This document shows positions 56,682 to 64,000 of a stretch of 64,000 bases of DNA, piece by piece; within the stretch, counting starts at the first letter, position 1; every line of letters starts with the position of its first letter. The DNA lies in the NCBI GenBank assembly GCA_951406725.2, contig OX597816.1:26164001-26228000 (forward strand). Reading direction: 5' to 3'. The stretch is from Octopus vulgaris (taxonomy: Eukaryota). The translations under genes were made by a program, and so were the position numbers. The notes under the pieces were generated by a model. It was not told where the DNA came from, made no database searches, and saw nothing but the letters and a program-made list of their open reading frames with translations.

Positions 56682-56742
56682 CGGTTCGACCATATGGCTT
56701 AACGGTTCGACCATATGGCTTAACGGTTCGGCCATATGGCTT
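56682..56742 (+). repeat. 21-bp minisatellite x3
   Basis: CGGTTCGACCATATGGCTTAA repeated. Confidence 0.9.
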
Positions 56743-57223
56743 GGAGCATTCAACACCCAGATACTTCCTAATTTATTTTATTCTGTTATTTTTTTTACGC
56801 TCAATAAATATTCTCACCTCGGTGTTATTACGAGCTTTGACTGGTCTTGAATATCACATATGGGTGCAATATATTTCCATAAGTAAACATCCGCTTTGCA
56901 ACCATCAAATTGGTTCAAACGTAACCTTCTATTGAAAGATTTCGACTCGTCAAACGAAAAGTAGAAACCGCCGGATGGAAAGAAATTTTAGTTCCATACT
57001 CTTTATGTACAAACTTATGAATTCTTTAGACATGTATGTGTATAGTTAAATATTTATTTGTGGTTGTATGTTTGTGCGTATAGATGTATGTAGTTGTATA
57101 CACATACTTATGGATCATATACATACATACATACATACATACATACATACATACATACATACATACATACATACATACATACATACATACATACATACAT
57201 ACAAATATATATATATATATATA

Positions 57224-57273
<50 letters not shown>

Positions 57274-57337
57274 ATATACATATATATATACATATAAATA
57301 AATAAATATATAGATAGATAGATATGTATTCAATATA

Positions 57338-57403
<66 letters not shown>

Positions 57404-57555
57404 CCTGTGTGTATATATATGTATGTATATATATATATATATATATATAACCATGCATTTATTCTGTATTGTCTACTAATGTTTCTTTCTTTATATAAAA
57501 GTGTATATATGTGTGTGCACGCATGCAGTATGCAGTATGTGTATATGTAGGCATG

Positions 57556-57587
<32 letters not shown>

Positions 57588-58240
57588 TGTATGTATGTAT
57601 GTATGTATGTATACCCTCAGAAAATTAAGTATGAGCGTGTTGAAAGTTTACGTTCAGCCAGTAGACATTAGGACTCAGGTGAAGAGCTGACAGATTTGGT
57701 CGGAATTCAAGATAATTTTGTTTAAATATGAATGTGAAGACAGTACACGTCTATCGACCAGTCCGTCTTACTAAAGTTAGTCTCCGTTTGATTATGAATG
57801 CTTTGGAGATGTTTACTTTCACAGAGGATTCTCCAGTCTTGCTTCACTTCCGAAGAAGTTATGAGGAGGAAAATAATTCGATCGGAACATCTGTTGAAAC
57901 ATAAAAAAGACATATTCTGGTATTTAAGGCTGTGAGCGGCAAGAATCGCTAACACACAACACACAATGCTTAACGGTATTTCGTCAGTCTCTACGTTCTG
58001 AGTTCGCATTCCGCGAAGGTCAACTTTGCCTTTCATTCTTTCGTGGTCTATAAAATCAGTAGCAGCTGAGCACTGGAATCGATGCAATCTATATGGACAT
58101 AGCCAAAATCTTTTCATCCTTCATTAGCCTCCATTCCAAACCAAATCGCTACTTATTTTATAGAGGTGCTTACTTTGTTTGGCTAAAATTGCTGTTTCTT
58201 TTCAGATATTATCAGAAAAAGGTAATGAAAATTCATTAAA

Positions 58241-59070
58241 ATGACAGATCTATCGGAATTTCTGAGTGGTCAAATTGTTGGTGCTCATGTGGCAGGCGCT
58301 AGCGTAACGAAAACAGCTGAAATGTTTGGCGTATCAAGAAGTACTGTATCGAAAGTAATGAAAGTCATTGAGAAAGAGGGAAAAACACTCTCGTCGAAAC
58401 AAAACTCGGAAGAACACCGAAACTTTCAGATGAGAACCGTCGGACTCTTATGCGTATTATTAGAAAGGATCACAGATACCAAAATAATCACACATACCAA
58501 AATTAGTGCAGAGCTTAATGACCACCTCAAGAACCCAGTTTCCACAAAGACTGTCCGCCGGGAGCTGCACAAAGCCGCATTCCACGGGAAGGCTGCAATC
58601 AGAAAACCACTACTTTCAAAAACAAACGTTACAAAGCCTTTACAGTGGAGTAAAAACCTACAGAATTGGTCCCTAGAGCAGTGTAAGAATGTTATGTTCT
58701 CGGACGAGTCATCCTTTAGCTTATTTCAGACCACCGACCGAGTAAATGCGTGGAGACAGCCAAAAGAAGCACTTGACCAAGACTGCCTTCTTCCAACTGT
58801 TAAACATGTAGGAGGATCTGTGATGATCTGGGGGTGGGGCTATATCTTGGAAATCTACCGGCCCAATGGTTCCCTGCTTGGCAGAATTAATAGTCAAGAC
58901 TATTAAACATTTTATCTGATCAAATTCATCCTATGGCTGCGGAACTGTTTCCGGATTGAAACGCAATCTTTCAGGATGATAATGCACCAATTCACACAGC
59001 TAAAGTTGTTACTGAATGGCACGAGGAACATTCTACTGAAGTTTAACCTCTTATCTGGACACCACAGATC
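58241..59070 (+). pseudogene. Tc1-family transposase pseudogene, 3' truncated
   Basis: HTH region GASVTKTAEMFGVSRSTVS; STKTVRRELHK; RKPLLS; VMFSDES (first D); PTVKH.GGSVMIWG; FQDDNAPIHTA (second D). Frameshifted; breaks off before the catalytic E; no TIRs found. Confidence 0.92.
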
Positions 59071-59371
59071 GGTTTGGAAACAAATGATCTACAATAGATG
59101 TCAAGCATTTGAAGCTCGAAGAATTGAAAAGTCTATCTCGAAACGAGCACTTCGTAGACAGGACTTAACTACTATCTCAGACACTTCTGCCAGCTCGCCG
59201 TCTTAAAAGTTGTACAATAAACGACAAAAAAGGTGGGCAATATGCGACAAGACTTGTTTATTAACATCGTAACACATTTCGTCCCATACTAAAATCGAAA
59301 GAAATTTCATTAAGCTGATAGTCATCATACAACACACAGTTCTACAACTAGAGTTACCCCATATGATTATG

Positions 59372-59406
<35 letters not shown>

Positions 59407-59555
59407 AAACTGATATATATACTGATAGGGCACAGAAAGTGTGTCTATAGCCAGCTGGAGGAGGTGTCTTCCTGGGGCTACAAACTACAGTAGCATCCAA
59501 CCTTAGGGGTTAGCCATATTCAAATGGCAAATATACGTCACGATATATATATATA

Positions 59556-59622
<67 letters not shown>

Positions 59623-60336
59623 GACCAAATACTCGTGTAGTTTTTGCGTGTGTATCTCTGTGTGTGCGTGTATGTATATGCATGTGTGTGTATGTCGGCA
59701 AACTTTTCAAGTAATTGATGATATTCTCATTGAATGTAGTACGTACAGTTTTATATAGTTTAAGTGTTTCCTCGAGGGTTTACTTATTTATTGGCGTGAG
59801 AATTTACTATGCAACACCAAGGGTTCTGAAATACTTACACAGCTTTGCCGCCGTCATATAATAACATGTAATAATATAAAGGCATCTGAGATTTTAAACA
59901 AGTGTTTTATTACATAAAATATGAGTGAAGATTCCTATAAAAAGTATATACATATATTCATACATGCTAATACACACATATATCCTCACACATATATGGA
60001 AAAAGTGAGAAAGAAGAGGAGAGAGAATGTGTGTGCGTAGCAGCTGTAGACATCTGATCTACAGCCATTGGTGTAACACTGTATTAATTCATTCAAAAGA
60101 GTTTTAATCTAATATTTACACCCTGTCATTGACAGTCTTAACTGTTTTAAGTCAAAAAAGAATTATTTCATGTTCTCTTGAAGGTTTTATATATACATGT
60201 GAAGTGGGAGAGAGGTTGTGTGCGTGCGTGTAAGTGTATGCATACATGCATATATATCTCCATATCTATATACAACATACACACACACATTTATACAAAC
60301 ATACATATATTCACACATACCTATATTCATACGTAT

Positions 60337-60628
60337 TGTTTATTCCTTCTCGAGCCATGCCTAGCTCATAAGGGCCGGTTTCCCGGTTTCCTTGGCGTAT
60401 ATGTTCCCCACCTGGACGGGATGCCGGTCCGTCGCAGGTGAGCTGGAAGAGGAAAGAGTGAGAGTTGTGGCGAAAGAGTCAGCAGAAGTTCGCCATTATC
60501 TTTTGCCGGAGCCGCGTGGAGATTAGGTTTTTCGCTCATAAACACACACATCTCCCGGTCTGAGATTCAAACCCGCGATCCTTCGACCGTGAGTCCGCTG
60601 TTCTAACCACTATGCCATGTGCCTCCAC
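60337..60628 (-). mobile_element. SINE family C with target-site duplication
   Basis: TSD TATTCATACGTAT at 60324-60336 and 60630-60642. Related partial copies at 51555-51650(-) and 61720-61953(-). Confidence 0.9.
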
Positions 60629-61674
60629 GTATTCATACGTATACATAGACTTAAATACTTAGACACTTAGATAAGTTTCGACCAGCACCATTAAATGATA
60701 TTTCATGTTAGTAATTCTTTGAGCATCAACGGGGGTAGGTGATTTAGCTGGAATTCGCTGGAGATATTTGCCTAAGAATTTCCTGTCCATAATCTTTTTG
60801 TACTAGGGCTGAAGTAATCGACTAACAAAGTTAATGGTCTGAGCTCATATTAGAAAGAATTATATAAGGACGGTAGATTGGCAGAACCATTAGATCGTCA
60901 GTCTAAATGCTATACGAAATTACTTTCAGTTCTTTGCATTATGAGTTCAAAACCCACCGAGATCAATTTTGCTTTTATTCCTCCTGAATCAGCAAAATAA
61001 TCTACTGGTTCACTTATGGGGTCTACTTCATCAATTAACCCCGCTTCTCAAAACTACTGGCCATGTTCTCACGTTAGAAACCATTATTTTTGTTGATAGT
61101 GGCGGTGCTGGTGGAGGTGGTAGTTAGGTCGGTGGATTTCTAGACTCGTTAGAAAACATCGGACTAAATGCCTTGCGTCATTTAGTCCGAGCTATTTATG
61201 TTCGTTGTTCAAATTTCCTTGGGCTCGACTTCTGCTTTTACCCATTCATTCTCGACAAAATTAAAATCCCAGTGAAACACTGGAGTGGACGATTAATAAT
61301 GGCGTGATTTTGAAAGACCTCATATGGAGACCACATTGATGGGATGGGAAGAAGCAAACAGATTCTGAAGAAACGTTACGCTTAAGAAAATGGGCTCGAA
61401 GCAGTATGGCTTCAAACAAGGTGGCGTACCTCATTCTACGGCGACGATACACCCACTCTTCACTCATACTAAACCCACACTAAACCTGGACGTGACAGCT
61501 GACGACTCTGTTACAATCTTTGATCTTCTATCTACGCTAGAAACGTTTATTCTTGTTGTTCATGACGTTGTTTTAGTCATTATGACCTATCTGTTGTGAA
61601 CAAAAAGCTGGGTTCATTGGATTCGAATATTTCAATGATTCAAGGCGATCATTAGGCACTAAGCGTGAATCTTA

Positions 61675-61710
<36 letters not shown>

Positions 61711-62187
61711 TTGCTACACATCGCTGGTCACAATGCACTTTGCACTGCTTTAGCCATCAAATGACGCCACCCCGTTGGCTAAGCGAGCAGGCCAACAGAA
61801 AAAAGAGGGAAAGAAAGTTGTGGCGAAAGAGTACAGCAGGGATCGCCGGAGCCTCGTGGAGCTTTAGGTGTTTTCGCTCAGTAAACACCCACAATGCCCG
61901 GTCTGGGAATCGAAACCGTAATCCTACGACCGCGAGTTCGCTGCCCTAACCACTTATATAAATATAAGAAATACAACGAAGGGAACTCAGGATTTACCTG
62001 TTGAGTAAAGTACCGTGTAATTGTTTATTTTAAGCAATTGTGTGCGTTCTTTATCATTCGAAGTGGTAAGCCGGATCTGGATTATGTCAGAGTGGTAATC
62101 AGGTATTCAGGTAATCGGGTAATCAAGCTCGTATTCCAAATCCCTATTCTTTTACGTTATATATACATGTATACATATATGTGTGTG

Positions 62188-62273
<86 letters not shown>

Positions 62274-62324
62274 TGTCTGTCTGTCTGTCTGTGTGTCTGT
62301 ATGTGGATATACATACACACACAC

Positions 62325-62361
<37 letters not shown>

Positions 62362-62364
<3 letters not shown>

Positions 62365-63427
62365 TGTATTGGGGCCACTACTTTTTATAGTGGCCCGCTC
62401 AGGCATGCCCTCAAATGCCCGGATAGCCACTCTGGCAAGCTATGCAGACGAGCAGACGATACGAAAGTCTCGCAGAAAATACAGAACCCCAGCGATGTTA
62501 CACACCTGCAGCAGGAGTTGGACTCAGTCTTCAGATGGGCTGAGGATAATAATATGCAGTATAATGCTGAAAAATTCCAGGCCCTGCGCTACCAGCATCC
62601 AAAACTGAATATCAACTTCCAGGGTACACCTGTCCACAGGGAATTTCAATCCCAGAGCCTAAGTCTGTGAGGGACCTGGGTATTGACATGAGTGATGATA
62701 CCTCTTTCCAAGTGCACATTACCAGGATGGCGACAAAGTGCAGACGACTGGCTGGATGGATCCTAAGAACATTCAGAGCCAGAGATAAGGAAACTATGAT
62801 GGTCCTCTGGCGGACATTCGTCCTCAGCCGCCTGGATTACTGCTCACAGCTATGGTCACCCAACAGTGTGAAATTAACAACGGACCTTGAATCAATCCAG
62901 AGAAGATTCACAAAGATCGTCTCTTTGCAACAGCTCATCTACTGGGAAAGGTTGAAACAGCTAAGACTCTACTCCCTGGAGAGAAGACGGGAGAGGTATG
63001 CAGTAATATATGTCTGGAAGATCCTGGAAGGAATTGTGCCAAATTTAGTCATTGTAAGCTACACCGATGCTAGAACGGGACGACACTGCATAGTGCGAAA
63101 GATCCCAGCAATGCCATCACGCTTCAGCACCAGCTACTGCAACAGCCTGGGTTTCAAGTGCCCAAAGCTTTTTAATATCCTCTCAAAGAGTCTGAGGAAC
63201 TTGCACAAAGTAGATGTAGCGGTTTTTAAATCAAAGCTGGACATCTTCCTGTCGAGAGTCCCAGATGAACCTACCTCACGGCAAGAGGTGTAAATGAGGG
63301 TAGCTATATCAAACTCCATTCTTCATCAAGTGCCACATATTAGAGGAGGCTCTTAGTAATAACAGAATAGCACAAAACGGCGGTGCATCAAGCATGGCCG
63401 CATCTCTGAGCTGAAACAAAAAAAAAT
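62362..63427 (+). mobile_element. 5'-truncated CR1-clade LINE (RT C-terminal part and 3' UTR)
   Basis: TVLGPLLF, YAD(D)TK disrupted by an 8-bp duplication GCAGACGA, W..DNNMQYNAEK, RDLGI, LDYCSQLWSP, LESIQRRFTK, ERLKQLRLYSLERRRER; A-rich end. Confidence 0.92.
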
Positions 63428-64000
63428 ATATTATACATTGTTGATGTAGGAATAATTATGTCAAATATCGTAATTGGGTGGTGTCAGCTGTCTCGTCTGA
63501 CTAAAATGTAATTAAACAAATTGTTATGAAATATGAAATAGAGAAATTTCCGGGTCATGCTGCCCTAATGGGTGGATATTAACAAGTGAGCTGCCGACTG
63601 AAAATAAACTACGACAGAAGAGAAATAATAACGTTAAGTAAAATGAGCAAATATAAATGAAAAGTATATAAAATAAACACATGGATATATGATGAATACA
63701 GACTCGTACAAGCGCACACCAAAATGAATGAATAAATAGATAAAAAAGATGCATAAAAAATATATATAAAAATACTAAAATCAATAAATAAATAAATATA
63801 AAATAAATAAATAAATAAATAGATACATAAAGGAGAATCAAGGTTGTAGATGAATTCGGCCTGCATCTGGCAGCTTTAGCGCGGGTCGATTTCTCCGACA
63901 AACCGCATCACTCTGAATGACATTATCTGAAGAGGCCTCGACGCGGCTGGCTTCTTTTCTCGACTGGAGCCAGTAGGTCTTGGCCAAGGGAACAGTAAAC

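Noticed and set aside
56682-56742. Short direct repeats resembling a CRISPR array (also 340-392)
   Set aside because: No unique spacers, no cas genes, eukaryotic context.

Overview
AT-rich, repeat-dominated eukaryotic DNA. The SINE families and the dense (TA)n/(TG)n/(TATG)n arrays suggest a coleoid cephalopod, probably Octopus; this is an inference from repeat content. No intact protein-coding gene is recognisable, and most listed ORFs are microsatellite or SINE read-through. Recognisable content: an internally deleted Ty3/Gypsy element (264-2710), CR1-clade LINE fragments (49655-50250, 62362-63427), a Tc1 transposase pseudogene (58241-59070), mariner and piggyBac-like non-autonomous elements, a tRNA-Glu(TTC) gene or pseudogene, and dozens of copies of four tRNA-derived SINE families. 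The most striking unannotated signal is a set of about six well-formed and about ten degenerate type I hammerhead ribozymes. They lie in short, often fold-back, Penelope-like terminal-repeat fragments mostly inserted in (TA)n tracts. Each family has a different self-complementary stem III, and several are followed by a conserved MTxP..FNTRxH ORF start. There is also a candidate promoter and first exon near 39.0-39.3 kb. Repeat boundaries were read by eye and are approximate.
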